60,093 nt of DNA from Phycisphaerae bacterium (GTDB taxonomy: Bacteria; Planctomycetota; Phycisphaerae; Phycisphaerales; SM1A02), in the NCBI GenBank assembly GCA_018657585.1, contig JABHWX010000108.1, positions 1 through 60,093 on the forward strand. Direction: 5' to 3'. Below are positions 19,353-28,676 of the stretch, piece by piece. The stretch's first letter is position 1, and every line of letters begins with the position of its first letter. The notes below the pieces were generated by a model, which saw nothing but the letters and a program-made list of their open reading frames with translations, did not search any database and had not been told where the DNA came from. Position numbers and translations under genes: made by a program.

Positions 19353-20216
19353 TTATCCGTTAGCGTAGGTATATACGCCCTGCCCCGATTTGTCGCCAAG
19401 GTGTCCGGCATCTACAAGTTCTGTAAGTTTTTTATTGGGTAGATATTTTGGGTTTTCATCAAGACCGTTATACATCACCATCATAATATCTTTGCATACA
19501 TCAAGACCGATGTAGTCCGCGAGACGAAGTGGGCCCATTGGGAATGCGCAGCCAAGCTTCATAATAGAATCAATGTCTTCTGGTCGTGCGACACCATCTG
19601 ACCAAGCGTGAAAGGCTTCATTGATCATGGGCATAAGTACACGGTTCGAAACGAATCCAGCGAAATCGTTGGCTGGAACTGGAATTTTTCCCATGGACTC
19701 AGAAAGTTGTAGGGTGGCAAGTGTTGTTTCTTCGCTTGTTTTGTTGCCCTTAATAACCTCGACGAGTTTCATTATTGGAACTGGGTTAAAAAAGTGCATC
19801 CCAATAACTCGATGCTCAGCACCTTGAACAGCGGCGGCAAGGTCTGTTATTGAAATCGAAGACGTGTTTGTTGCAAGAACTACATTTTCACCGAAGTTTT
19901 TTGCCATTTGAATGAAGATGGATTTTTTAATATCGATGTTCTCGGTAGCAGCCTCCACAACCCAATCAGCATCGTTTGCTTCTTGCATGGTCGAAACGTA
20001 ATTTAATTTTTCAAGGGCAATATCTCCCTCTTCTTTTGACAATCGCTCTTTTTCGACAGATCGGTCAATTTGTTTTATGTGGTATTTTTTTGCGCGTTCT
20101 AGTTGGTCTTCGTTTATATCAACAACAACTGCTTGTATACCATGTGTTGCTGCTGTTAGGGAAATACCACTTCCCATAGTTCCCCCGCCAATAACTGCTA
20201 TTTTTTGTACGGGCAT
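19353..20216 (-). CDS. 3-hydroxyacyl-CoA / 3-hydroxybutyryl-CoA dehydrogenase
   Basis: Start at ATG 20216 gives MPVQKIAVIGGGTMGSGI (Rossmann fold). TNTSSISIT and MGPLRLADYIGLD are also present. Confidence 0.9.
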   Translation of the reverse strand: MPVQKIAVIGGGTMGSGISLTAATHGIQAVVVDINEDQLERAKKYHIKQIDRSVEKERLSKEEGDIALEKLNYVSTMQEANDADWVVEAATENIDIKKSIFIQMAKNFGENVVLATNTSSISITDLAAAVQGAEHRVIGMHFFNPVPIMKLVEVIKGNKTSEETTLATLQLSESMGKIPVPANDFAGFVSNRVLMPMINEAFHAWSDGVARPEDIDSIMKLGCAFPMGPLRLADYIGLDVCKDIMMVMYNGLDENPKYLPNKKLTELVDAGHLGDKSGQGVYTYANG

Positions 20217-20217
20217 A

Positions 20218-21393
20218 TTAATCGTTCCAGTTGTGGAGTTCGGGTCCTGTATATCTTGCAAGCGGTCTGATGATGCGGTTGTTTTGGTGTTGTTCCATGA
20301 TGTGCGCGCACCATCCTGTAACTCGAGAAGCTACAAAAATCGGTGTGTATTGTTGCACTGGAATTCCAAGCGCAAAATACGTCATCCCACAAGGAAAGTC
20401 CACGTTCGGGTGAATGTTTTTATCACGAAGCATAATTGCTTGCACTTCGTCTCCTAAATCAAACCATTTTTGGGCCTCTGTGTTTGCCGATTGCGCATAC
20501 TTGAGTCCCCACCCACGAAGAATCCCAGCACGGTGATCGCCGTTTTTATATACACGGTGACCAAAACCCATAAGTTTCTTTTTGGTTTCAAATGCGTGTT
20601 TCATATATGCTTCAACAGAAGTCCCGCGTTCAAACGCTTCCATAATCTCTGCGAGCAATTCCATTGCGGCCTCGTTGGCGCCACCATGAAGGTTGCCCTT
20701 GAGAGCGCCAATAGCCCCACAAACAGATGAATGCATATCGCTGTTTGTAGATGCAATGACACGACTCGCAAATGTTGATGCATTAAAATCGTGTTCAGCA
20801 TACAAAATAAGGGAAACGTCCATAACTTTTGCGGCCGCTTCGTGTGGTTTTTTCCCCGTCAAACACCACAGCAGGTTTGCAGCGTGACTTAGGCTGGGGT
20901 CTGGTTCAACTGGGTCTTTACCATCAAGTGCCATTTGGTGGACACCTATGCAGGTAGGAATTCTTGCAAGAAGATATTTTGATTTTTCTATTTCTGCCTC
21001 TGGGGAATTGTCCTCACACGAAGGGCAACCGTGTGACAGCAATGAAACTGCTGTTCGCAATACTGACATTGGGTGGGCGGTTGGGGATCTGTGAGCAATC
21101 TGAACAATGGCATCACGAACATGGTCTGGAATATTTCGTAGCGAAGCAAGTTCTTTCGAGAATGTTGTTAATTCTTCTGTGTTTGGTTTGTGCCCCATAA
21201 GCAGAAGATATGAAACTTCTTCAAACGTAGCGTTTTCGGCGAGATCTGCAATTTCATACCCTCGGTAGATTAGTTGTGTTTGATTTACTGAACACACAGA
21301 GGTGTCGCCGATTGTTTGCCCTGCCAACCCTCGTTGGTCTGTTTGTTTTTTGGGTGAATCTTGGGTTTGTGTCATCTGTGTTACTCCAAACAA
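20218..21393 (-). CDS. prpC: Citrate synthase family protein, probably 2-methylcitrate synthase
   Basis: GFGHRVYKNGDHRA, LYAEHDFNAST and a short type II citrate-synthase architecture. Adjacent to methylisocitrate lyase. Confidence 0.8.
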   Translation of the reverse strand: MFGVTQMTQTQDSPKKQTDQRGLAGQTIGDTSVCSVNQTQLIYRGYEIADLAENATFEEVSYLLLMGHKPNTEELTTFSKELASLRNIPDHVRDAIVQIAHRSPTAHPMSVLRTAVSLLSHGCPSCEDNSPEAEIEKSKYLLARIPTCIGVHQMALDGKDPVEPDPSLSHAANLLWCLTGKKPHEAAAKVMDVSLILYAEHDFNASTFASRVIASTNSDMHSSVCGAIGALKGNLHGGANEAAMELLAEIMEAFERGTSVEAYMKHAFETKKKLMGFGHRVYKNGDHRAGILRGWGLKYAQSANTEAQKWFDLGDEVQAIMLRDKNIHPNVDFPCGMTYFALGIPVQQYTPIFVASRVTGWCAHIMEQHQNNRIIRPLARYTGPELHNWND

Positions 21394-21456
21394 AAGGGCT
21401 TTATAGAAGGAATTTGAATCCTGTATTCTACCAAAACAGGACAGTTGATGCTTTTT

Positions 21457-22314
21457 TTATTTGTTTGAGAAACGCCACTCTTCGCCTGGAACATAGTGAA
21501 GAAGGTCATACAGTTCTTGCCTTGTTTGCATCTGTTGTTCAAATCCCTGGGCGGAACCGTTTTGAAAGAGTTGTTGTAAACAACCTGTGACTGCACGCAT
21601 GGCAACACGTTGAAACGTAACTGGATAAATAACTAGGTCGTACCCAAGCTCCTCAAATCGGCTTGTTGTAATGTGTGGTGTCTTTCCAAACTCTGTCATG
21701 TTTGCAAGAAGAAGCCCTGGACACTTTTTACCAAACTCTGCAAACTCGTTTTCGCTGCGCAAACCTTCTGGAAAAATCATGTCTGCGCCAGCTTCTCGAT
21801 ATGCTATGCCTCGTTCGATTGCAGACTCAATACCGTCGACGCCTCGCGCATCTGTTCTTGCTATAAGAACAAACTCTGGTGATAGGCGATTTTCTGATGC
21901 TGTTTTTATTTTTTCACACATTGCAGATTGGGACACCAGTGTTTTGCCATCTAGGTGCCCGCATCGCTTGGGGAATTGTTGGTCTTCGATGTGCATAGCC
22001 GATGCGCCGTTCCGTTCGTATTCAACAACCGTTCGGGCAATACATTCTAGTTCTCCATAACCCGTGTCTGCATCTACAACGACGGGAAGTTTGCTTGCGT
22101 CTGAAACTTCGCGAATTGTTTTGCACATCTCAGAAAGCGTAATAAGACCAACATCTGGATATCCCGAAGCGTTCGCCGTTGCTCCGCCGCTTATGTAACA
22201 AGCTGAAAAACCCGCTTGTGCAATAGCTGAAGCAACTAGCCCGTTCCATGCCCCCGGGCACATGACCGCTCCCTGTTTCATTGCTTCTCGAAGTTTGGTA
22301 GATTTATTATTCAT
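21457..22314 (-). CDS. prpB: Methylisocitrate lyase (PEP mutase/isocitrate lyase superfamily)
   Basis: KRCGHLDGK active-site motif, DADTGYG and IARTDA. Confidence 0.88.
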   Translation of the reverse strand: MNNKSTKLREAMKQGAVMCPGAWNGLVASAIAQAGFSACYISGGATANASGYPDVGLITLSEMCKTIREVSDASKLPVVVDADTGYGELECIARTVVEYERNGASAMHIEDQQFPKRCGHLDGKTLVSQSAMCEKIKTASENRLSPEFVLIARTDARGVDGIESAIERGIAYREAGADMIFPEGLRSENEFAEFGKKCPGLLLANMTEFGKTPHITTSRFEELGYDLVIYPVTFQRVAMRAVTGCLQQLFQNGSAQGFEQQMQTRQELYDLLHYVPGEEWRFSNK

Positions 22315-23104
22315 GTGTAGATTTTATCGCATCGGCGGATTCTTGGTTCAAATCGCCTTGCACAGATAAAAACATCTTTCCAGCCGCAATTAGTAAAACC
22401 ACGCCAAGTACGGTTCGGAGACCTTGGTGGCCAAGTTTTTTACTACCGTAAGTAGCGCCAACAAAACCACCAATAACGACAGCGATTGCCAGAGGGGCTA
22501 CAAACATTAAGTCAATTGGGAGACCTGTGTTATCTAGTGCTATTCCACCCAAGCTGGAAATTGAATTCACTAATATAAACGGTGCGCTGATGGCTGCTGT
22601 CTGTTTTGCTGTTGTCCAACCAATTAGCAACACAAGTGGACTTAAAAATATTCCTCCACCAATCCCAATTGTTCCGCTGAAGAAACCAATAACGATTCCA
22701 GCCACCAAAACAACACACAACATAGGTTTTTTGGTTTGTTCGTTTCCTTTAATTGGAATAAATAAACGAATCGCTGCAAACAGCAACACCGCGCCAACAA
22801 TTGGTTTGTACACGTGAGATGGCAAATCTATGTAACCACCTAAAAAAGCGGCTGGAATACTTGCGCAAACAAGAGGAACAAACAAATCTTTCCGAAAAGT
22901 ACCTGTCGATGCAAATTTCCAAGTTGCGATAGAAGAAACTACTACATTAAGCAAGAGAGCCGTGGATCGCATTTGCTCTGGTGCAATGGCAGCAATCGCA
23001 AGGACCGCGAGATAACCCGAGCCACCACCGTGCCCAACAGTTGAATAGATAGCCGCCATACATAAAACCGCTGTGGCTATAAGTAGAACTTGTTGGGGTT
23101 CCAT
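22307..23104 (-). CDS. TauE/SafE family sulfite/anion exporter-like permease
   Basis: Polytopic membrane protein with GHGGGSGY and GIGGGIF repeated motifs. Confidence 0.85.
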   Translation of the reverse strand: MEPQQVLLIATAVLCMAAIYSTVGHGGGSGYLAVLAIAAIAPEQMRSTALLLNVVVSSIATWKFASTGTFRKDLFVPLVCASIPAAFLGGYIDLPSHVYKPIVGAVLLFAAIRLFIPIKGNEQTKKPMLCVVLVAGIVIGFFSGTIGIGGGIFLSPLVLLIGWTTAKQTAAISAPFILVNSISSLGGIALDNTGLPIDLMFVAPLAIAVVIGGFVGATYGSKKLGHQGLRTVLGVVLLIAAGKMFLSVQGDLNQESADAIKSTHE

Positions 23105-23113
23105 CCCTATATT

Positions 23114-24871
23114 TTAGGGTAAGGGGCGTGAACCGTTTTGGTCAATAAAATAAAACAGTGGGTTTGATTCTGTTCCCTCTTGAATAAGAAGAACGCCGGC
23201 TAAATTTTCGTTGTTTAATTTGTGGCTTGGGATTGGTGATGTGGTTGGGTCGGGTGGTAACAATATTCTAACCCTTGCCTCTATCTCTGGATTATTAACC
23301 AGCTCCCAACCCGCAACGCCTAGCTCTGCTATTTTGTTAGAAGCCTCTTTGTGTATGTTGTTAGCAAGAGAATTGTGCAGTTCATTAATAATTAGAACCA
23401 TGCCGTCTGGGGGGTGAATTTCGTGGATCACGGTCTGGGTGGATTCGGTGCGCTGGTCTGTGTTGTTTTTGTTGGTAACCAAAGCTACTCCTACAAAAAC
23501 TGCAAGCACCAATACAACTAAGCCTAGAGGATTTGTTTTGTGTTGTTTTTTTGGAAATGGCCCACCGCCAGTTGATGGTGTTGATCGTGGAAGACGCCGA
23601 TGTGTGCTTGATGGTATTTCAGGGGCAACTTCTGCTCCGTGCATTGATGGGAGGTCGGCTGGGCGCACCGAACCAATGTTTTTGGATTTTAAGACTGACT
23701 CTACATCTTTTAACATCTCCTCAATAGAGTTATATCTTTTGTCGTAATCTGACATTGCCCTTCTTACAATCCATCGTAATCCTTCTGGGCTTTGTGTATT
23801 AAAATCGCTCAGAGCACCGTGAGCAGGAAACGTGTTTTCCAACATAAAGTACAACACCGCGCCAGCGCCATATACATCAAACTTTGCACCGTTAATTTGA
23901 TGGACCTTTACGCCACGCATTGCTTGGCGCACAAGTTCTGGGTCTCTGTAATATTCGGTGCCGTGGGTTGTTAGGGTCATGGCAGAAGCAAGTGGTGTTA
24001 TCAGACCGAGGTCTACAAGGTGTGCTGAACCGCCGTGAATAATGATGTTGTCTGGCTTCACGTCTTTGTGCCAAAGCCCAGCGTCGTGATATGTTTTTAG
24101 TGTGCGAAGTAAATCTTGTTCGTGCCAAAGTATTGTTTTGAACTGGTCGTGAGAAAGTTTTTTGGATTGAGCATGAAGTGAATTGGTGATTATTCCTAGG
24201 TGGTCGCCATTGTGGAACGGCATCGCATACCAAAAACTCTGGTCATCAAGGTGGTGCTCAACAATAAGACCTAGTTTTTTTGCGCACTCCATTGCTTTAG
24301 ATTCTCTTACTATTTGTGGCAATTGAGACCCAGAACCAATATCAAAATGCTTGATCACTACTTCAACACCGGAGTCAGTCGATTTTGCTACATACAACTT
24401 TGCGCCACTTCCGCCAGATGGAAGGGTTCCAGTAATTGAGTATCCGCTGAATAGTGTTTTGGGGCGAGACTTAGTTCCAACAAATTCTTGAACTTGTTTT
24501 ACAACCGCGTGTTCCTGCGTTTTGTTTGGTGGTTTAATTCCAAACAACTGAAGCGGGTTGTCAATACAAAAGGATATGGTGCGATTATACGCCTCAAAAA
24601 AGCGCAGTTTTGCAAAAGTTGTTTCTGTATGGACTTCATCCCAACGACCAAGAACAACGTAAATAACAGCGCGAATCATTTTTATTATGCCTACAAACAG
24701 GGCTATAGGTATCAACAGCGCGTCACGAAGTGCTTGCCACACAAACCTAAACAGTCTTCCTATGAATGTAAATATTAACCCGAGAGCTGGAACTATAAAA
24801 TACACAAACAAAATGACTGCTCCAACGAGACTCACAACTGTTCCAAAACATGTAAACAAAGCCGTGACCAT
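23114..24871 (-). CDS. Membrane-embedded Hanks-type Ser/Thr protein kinase
   Basis: Start is trimmed to ATG 24871, 3 nt after the sigma-factor stop. Kinase motifs are GGSGAKLYVA, VVIKHF, HKDVKPDNIII, DLG and YRDPE. TM helices lie before the kinase domain, with one further TM helix after it. Confidence 0.88.
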   Translation of the reverse strand: MVTALFTCFGTVVSLVGAVILFVYFIVPALGLIFTFIGRLFRFVWQALRDALLIPIALFVGIIKMIRAVIYVVLGRWDEVHTETTFAKLRFFEAYNRTISFCIDNPLQLFGIKPPNKTQEHAVVKQVQEFVGTKSRPKTLFSGYSITGTLPSGGSGAKLYVAKSTDSGVEVVIKHFDIGSGSQLPQIVRESKAMECAKKLGLIVEHHLDDQSFWYAMPFHNGDHLGIITNSLHAQSKKLSHDQFKTILWHEQDLLRTLKTYHDAGLWHKDVKPDNIIIHGGSAHLVDLGLITPLASAMTLTTHGTEYYRDPELVRQAMRGVKVHQINGAKFDVYGAGAVLYFMLENTFPAHGALSDFNTQSPEGLRWIVRRAMSDYDKRYNSIEEMLKDVESVLKSKNIGSVRPADLPSMHGAEVAPEIPSSTHRRLPRSTPSTGGGPFPKKQHKTNPLGLVVLVLAVFVGVALVTNKNNTDQRTESTQTVIHEIHPPDGMVLIINELHNSLANNIHKEASNKIAELGVAGWELVNNPEIEARVRILLPPDPTTSPIPSHKLNNENLAGVLLIQEGTESNPLFYFIDQNGSRPLP

Positions 24872-24873
24872 TC

Positions 24874-25608
24874 TTAGTCCCCCACACTTTCGTTTTCTAA
24901 TAATAGTTGGTGTTGGTGGTAGGTTTCGCACACGGCTTCATCAAAAGATGTATCGTTTTTTGATACACCAAACGTAGACATTTCTTTTTCTTCCTCGGGT
25001 GTGAAACTGTATTGCATTACTACGTTCATAATTGTTTCTCGAAGATGGTTGCGCACTTTTGCCACGTGCCTGCTCACTGTTGGTTCGCTTATGCCTAACT
25101 GAGAAGCTATATCTTTTCCTACATAGTTGTCTAGTACACGCATGCGCCAAACCTGAAAATGAAGAAAATCAACTTCTGTCTCTGTTCTTCGGATTGCAGA
25201 ACAAACTTTTGCACCAAACATTCTTTGCTCGAAAATTTCATCTACCCTTGGCTGGGATGATGATGAATCGATACGTTCGTCAAGAGAGAGTGGTTTTACT
25301 CCTCCACCCCTTTTAAGGGCGTTCCTTGTATCCATTTCATCACCTAGTTTATATTTTGCGATGGTAAGGAGCCACGTACTAAAGCGGGCACCGCGGTTTG
25401 GGTCGTATCTCTCAATGCATTTTGAGAGTTCTGCAAGCGTGTCTTGTGTAAGATCCTGAACGGTTTCTGCGCCCACGCGCCCCCTTCCCCACTTTTTCAA
25501 TTGAAAACGAATAGCAGGACCAAAATCCTGCCACAATTCAAACCACGCCGCCTCGTCTCGATCGCGGAGGCGCTTCACAAAGCTTGTTGTGAGGGCGTTC
25601 ATTGGCAC
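24874..25608 (-). CDS. ECF-type RNA polymerase sigma factor with roughly 50-aa C-terminal extension
   Basis: Region 2 is DLTQDTLAELSKCIERYDPNRGARFSTWLLTIA. Region 4 HTH is GKDIASQLGISEPTVSRHVAKVR. Start is GTG 25608 or ATG 25602. Confidence 0.88.
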   Translation of the reverse strand: MPMNALTTSFVKRLRDRDEAAWFELWQDFGPAIRFQLKKWGRGRVGAETVQDLTQDTLAELSKCIERYDPNRGARFSTWLLTIAKYKLGDEMDTRNALKRGGGVKPLSLDERIDSSSSQPRVDEIFEQRMFGAKVCSAIRRTETEVDFLHFQVWRMRVLDNYVGKDIASQLGISEPTVSRHVAKVRNHLRETIMNVVMQYSFTPEEEKEMSTFGVSKNDTSFDEAVCETYHQHQLLLENESVGD

Positions 25609-25735
25609 ATCTTACTTATTGGTAGAAGGTAGATGAGAATTTTATGGATTTGTGAAATTTTCCCGCTTGGGTTCCTAATTACTCTTTTGTGCAGAAATTG
25701 TTTTTGTGCAGTTAATGAAACATAAGGAGGTTGCC

Positions 25736-26644
25736 ATGGGCGCCACATCGAGATTTATTGTTCGTTGGGGAATAATTGGGGGATTAGCCGTTGGGGGTAT
25801 CACTATTCTTGTTGGACCACAGCGGGTCCTGGCATGTATTGATCAATTACGCCAAGAGGCAAACACCGTTGTTGAAAATCTAGTTGATGATCCTGTTGCC
25901 CTGAGGCGACAACTCGACGAATTAGCAAAAGAGTATCCATCAAGAATTGCTGAGGTTCGGGGTGAGGTTGCCAAACTGCGTCAACAGTTGCTTCAGTTCG
26001 AGCGGGACGAAAAAATTTCCATTCGGGTTGTAGAATTAACTACTGCAGATTTAGACGCACTTCGCATGCTTGTTGAAGATGCCGAGGCAATGACCCATGT
26101 TGATGGTGGTGTCGCGTCGATTCGATTTGAGGGTGTCCGATACAACCTTGATGGGGCGTATGTTGAGGGTCGCAGAATCCGCACTGTACGAGCAAATTAC
26201 GAGGATCGGCTTGCTTCTGACCGAAGACAAATGGAATTGTTGCACGAACAAGAAAGCAGGCTTGGTGAGGTTCTTGAAAATATTGAACGCGAATATGAAA
26301 CATACAGAACACAGTTGTGGCAACTTGATCGAGAAATCGATGCCATCGAGCGGAACGATCACATTATCGTTATGGTTGAGAAACAACAAAAAACGCTTTC
26401 TGGTTTTGACCGTTTTGGTGCGCCTGGAAACCTTGATCAGGTTAGATCGCGTCTAGCAGAAATTCGTACTGTGCAAGAAAGCACTATCTTGGCCCTTACT
26501 GATACTGGGTCCGGTTCAGACTATGAAACACGGGCACGGTTTGATACTTCTGATCAGTTGTTTGAAAATCCGTTCACCCAAACTGTTGAACAAAACACGG
26601 AAGTAGAAAGTGGTGAAGCGGGTCCATACGCCCTTCTCCCATAA
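25736..26644 (+). CDS. Membrane-anchored coiled-coil hypothetical protein
   Basis: ATG 25736 lies 5 nt after AAGGAGG (25724-25730). It has an N-terminal TM helix (WGIIGGLAVGGITILVG) followed by long heptad-like charged sequence. Confidence 0.75.
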   Translation: MGATSRFIVRWGIIGGLAVGGITILVGPQRVLACIDQLRQEANTVVENLVDDPVALRRQLDELAKEYPSRIAEVRGEVAKLRQQLLQFERDEKISIRVVELTTADLDALRMLVEDAEAMTHVDGGVASIRFEGVRYNLDGAYVEGRRIRTVRANYEDRLASDRRQMELLHEQESRLGEVLENIEREYETYRTQLWQLDREIDAIERNDHIIVMVEKQQKTLSGFDRFGAPGNLDQVRSRLAEIRTVQESTILALTDTGSGSDYETRARFDTSDQLFENPFTQTVEQNTEVESGEAGPYALLP

Positions 26645-26688
26645 CATTAAACATATACCCTTGTTATTGACAAGGCGTTTAGCACGAG

Positions 26689-26721
26689 CAATGGCCTATA
26701 AATATGGGCCATTGTTTTTTT
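26689..26721 (+). terminator. Intrinsic terminator between convergent genes
   Basis: CAATGGCC-TATAAATAT-GGCCATTG (8-bp stem) is followed by TTTTTTT. The T-run touches the stop codon of the convergent SpoIID-like gene. Confidence 0.6.
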
Positions 26722-27964
26722 ATGAGAGAGTGGTGATTTGAACACTCGGATAATACCACTGCAAAATACTCTCCCAAGATTCGCCCTTGCCAGCAAGTTC
26801 TTGTGCGCCATATTGACAAAGTCCCACTCCATGCCCCATGCCTGCACCATTAAAGAGAATGTTTGAGTTCTTTTTGGTTGCTACTAAATAAGACGACCAA
26901 ATTGTTGGGGTGGGAATTGGAAGTTGGAGGACGTTTGTGTTAAGTGCACGAAATAGATTTTTTGCTAATACCTCAGTAGGGCTGTTGTTACGATCATAAA
27001 TCGAAAGTTTTGTTGGTCTTCCATGGATATTAAATTCGGTAGGTTCGATAGAACTAATTGTTCTAATGGAGGAAAACTCTGGGGTATTCATTTTGTTTGC
27101 ACAGGCGTTGATACGTTTTCTAACTGTGCGAGATGGTCTGGTTGCCGACCACACACGAGCATCTAGTTTGCTACAGACATCTCTGCCGCTTCGCCCCTGA
27201 AGGGGGACAATGTTGTGTGCAGATGATGTGCTAATTGCATCTGTTGCTGTAGCAGATATTCCGCCACAACACGCACAATAATACGCGGGAATTATTTTGC
27301 CATTCCACGACATGACCATTCCAGAAGTTTCTTTTGTTGCGTAGTGAGCTGATTCTAATACAACGTCCCCAAGGTACATTTGGGAGGATGGTCCATCGTT
27401 CAAGTCGAAATGGCTTTTGTTTATTCTTTCAAGGTGTAGAGATGTGGCGTAGCTTCTAGCAGCAACCGCCTGTGCTTGAAAGGTTGCTTGGTGCCAATGC
27501 GCAAAAAGTTCGCCAGCAAGTACGCCTGGAATATATTGTTCAATAGGGACATGCGCAACAACATCGTATGCTGTCGATGAAATGTCTGTTCTTGGAACAA
27601 ACGTCAGGTCGTTAGAAATTTGCTTTGTTTTATTGTGTATTTTGATTTGTGTTTGTTTTGCAACATGAAGATGCATAGTATTTTCAGGTGTAAGCGTATT
27701 TCTCGCATTGGTTTTCCATTCTGACCCAATCAAAGAGATAGAGAAGTTGCCAAATATAGTTTTGCTTTTATCTCTTACGCGACCAATCCGAACGCGAATG
27801 GTAGGTGATGGGGTTGCTAGTAATGGCTGTTGTTTGTTTTTTGGGGTGGAAACAACGTGTTTGGGTTCCCGTTCTGAACAAGAGGCAAGTCCGCCGGCTA
27901 CCACTATTCCAGATGCAACCAAAAACTCACGTCGGTTATATGGGTTTTGAATAGATTTTGTCAT
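26720..27964 (-). CDS. SpoIID/LytB domain protein (Tat-type signal)
   Basis: RREFLVASGIVVAGGLASC N-terminus, YYCACCGG motif, and C-terminal GHGVGLCQYGA, all typical of the SpoIID family. Confidence 0.85.
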   Translation of the reverse strand: MTKSIQNPYNRREFLVASGIVVAGGLASCSEREPKHVVSTPKNKQQPLLATPSPTIRVRIGRVRDKSKTIFGNFSISLIGSEWKTNARNTLTPENTMHLHVAKQTQIKIHNKTKQISNDLTFVPRTDISSTAYDVVAHVPIEQYIPGVLAGELFAHWHQATFQAQAVAARSYATSLHLERINKSHFDLNDGPSSQMYLGDVVLESAHYATKETSGMVMSWNGKIIPAYYCACCGGISATATDAISTSSAHNIVPLQGRSGRDVCSKLDARVWSATRPSRTVRKRINACANKMNTPEFSSIRTISSIEPTEFNIHGRPTKLSIYDRNNSPTEVLAKNLFRALNTNVLQLPIPTPTIWSSYLVATKKNSNILFNGAGMGHGVGLCQYGAQELAGKGESWESILQWYYPSVQITTLS

Positions 27965-28019
27965 CGTCGGCTCTCTGTATAGTGTATCGGTGGTACATTA
28001 GTTGCAAGGAGGATTTATT

Positions 28020-28667
28020 ATGAATTACGAATCAAACACATTGTTAGCGCAAACCGTTGCGATTGGATGGGTTGAGGTGGTGGTTGGATTGATTGTTGTG
28101 GTAGGTGTTATTTTACTTCTGGCGATTGTGGTTATTGGTATTTTTAATGCGCTTGTGGGGCTTAGAAATCGTGTCAAAAACGCTTACGCACAAATTGATG
28201 TTCAATTAAAACGGCGTTATGACCTTATACCAAACCTTGTTGAAACAGCGAAGGGGTATATGAAACATGAAAGCGAGACCCTTGAAGCAGTTATTCAAGC
28301 CAGAAATCAGGCGGTATCTGCTGCATCTGCTGCTTCAAAAAACCCTACCGGTGCTGGGGTAATAAAAGATTTGGCTGGTGCGGACGGAGCGCTTACTGGG
28401 GCGCTCGGAAAACTCATGGTAGTCATGGAAGCTTATCCAGACCTAAAAGCCAGTGAAAACATGATGCAGGTACAAGAAGAACTTACAAGCACAGAAAATC
28501 GTGTGGCTTTTTCTAGGCAAGCTTACAACGATGTTGTGATGGGATACAACAACAAACGAGAGAGGTTCCCATCAAACATCGTTGCTGGTATGTTTAGGTT
28601 TGCCATTGCTGAAAGTTGGGAACTTGATACAGAAGACGCTAGAGATGCTCCTAAGGTTTCGTTCTAA
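28020..28667 (+). CDS. lemA: LemA family protein
   Basis: ATG 28020 lies 7 nt after AGGAGG. It has a TM helix followed by NRVKNAYAQIDVQLKRRYDLIPNLVETAKGY and YPDLKASENMMQVQEEL. Confidence 0.9.
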   Translation: MNYESNTLLAQTVAIGWVEVVVGLIVVVGVILLLAIVVIGIFNALVGLRNRVKNAYAQIDVQLKRRYDLIPNLVETAKGYMKHESETLEAVIQARNQAVSAASAASKNPTGAGVIKDLAGADGALTGALGKLMVVMEAYPDLKASENMMQVQEELTSTENRVAFSRQAYNDVVMGYNNKRERFPSNIVAGMFRFAIAESWELDTEDARDAPKVSF

Positions 28668-28676
28668 CAGAGTGTT

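Noticed and set aside
24872-24931. First 20 codons of the kinase ORF overlapping the sigma-factor gene
   Set aside because: The internal ATG at 24871 sits 3 nt after the sigma-factor stop and begins directly with the first TM helix. The upstream 20 codons overlap the sigma-factor C-terminus in another frame.
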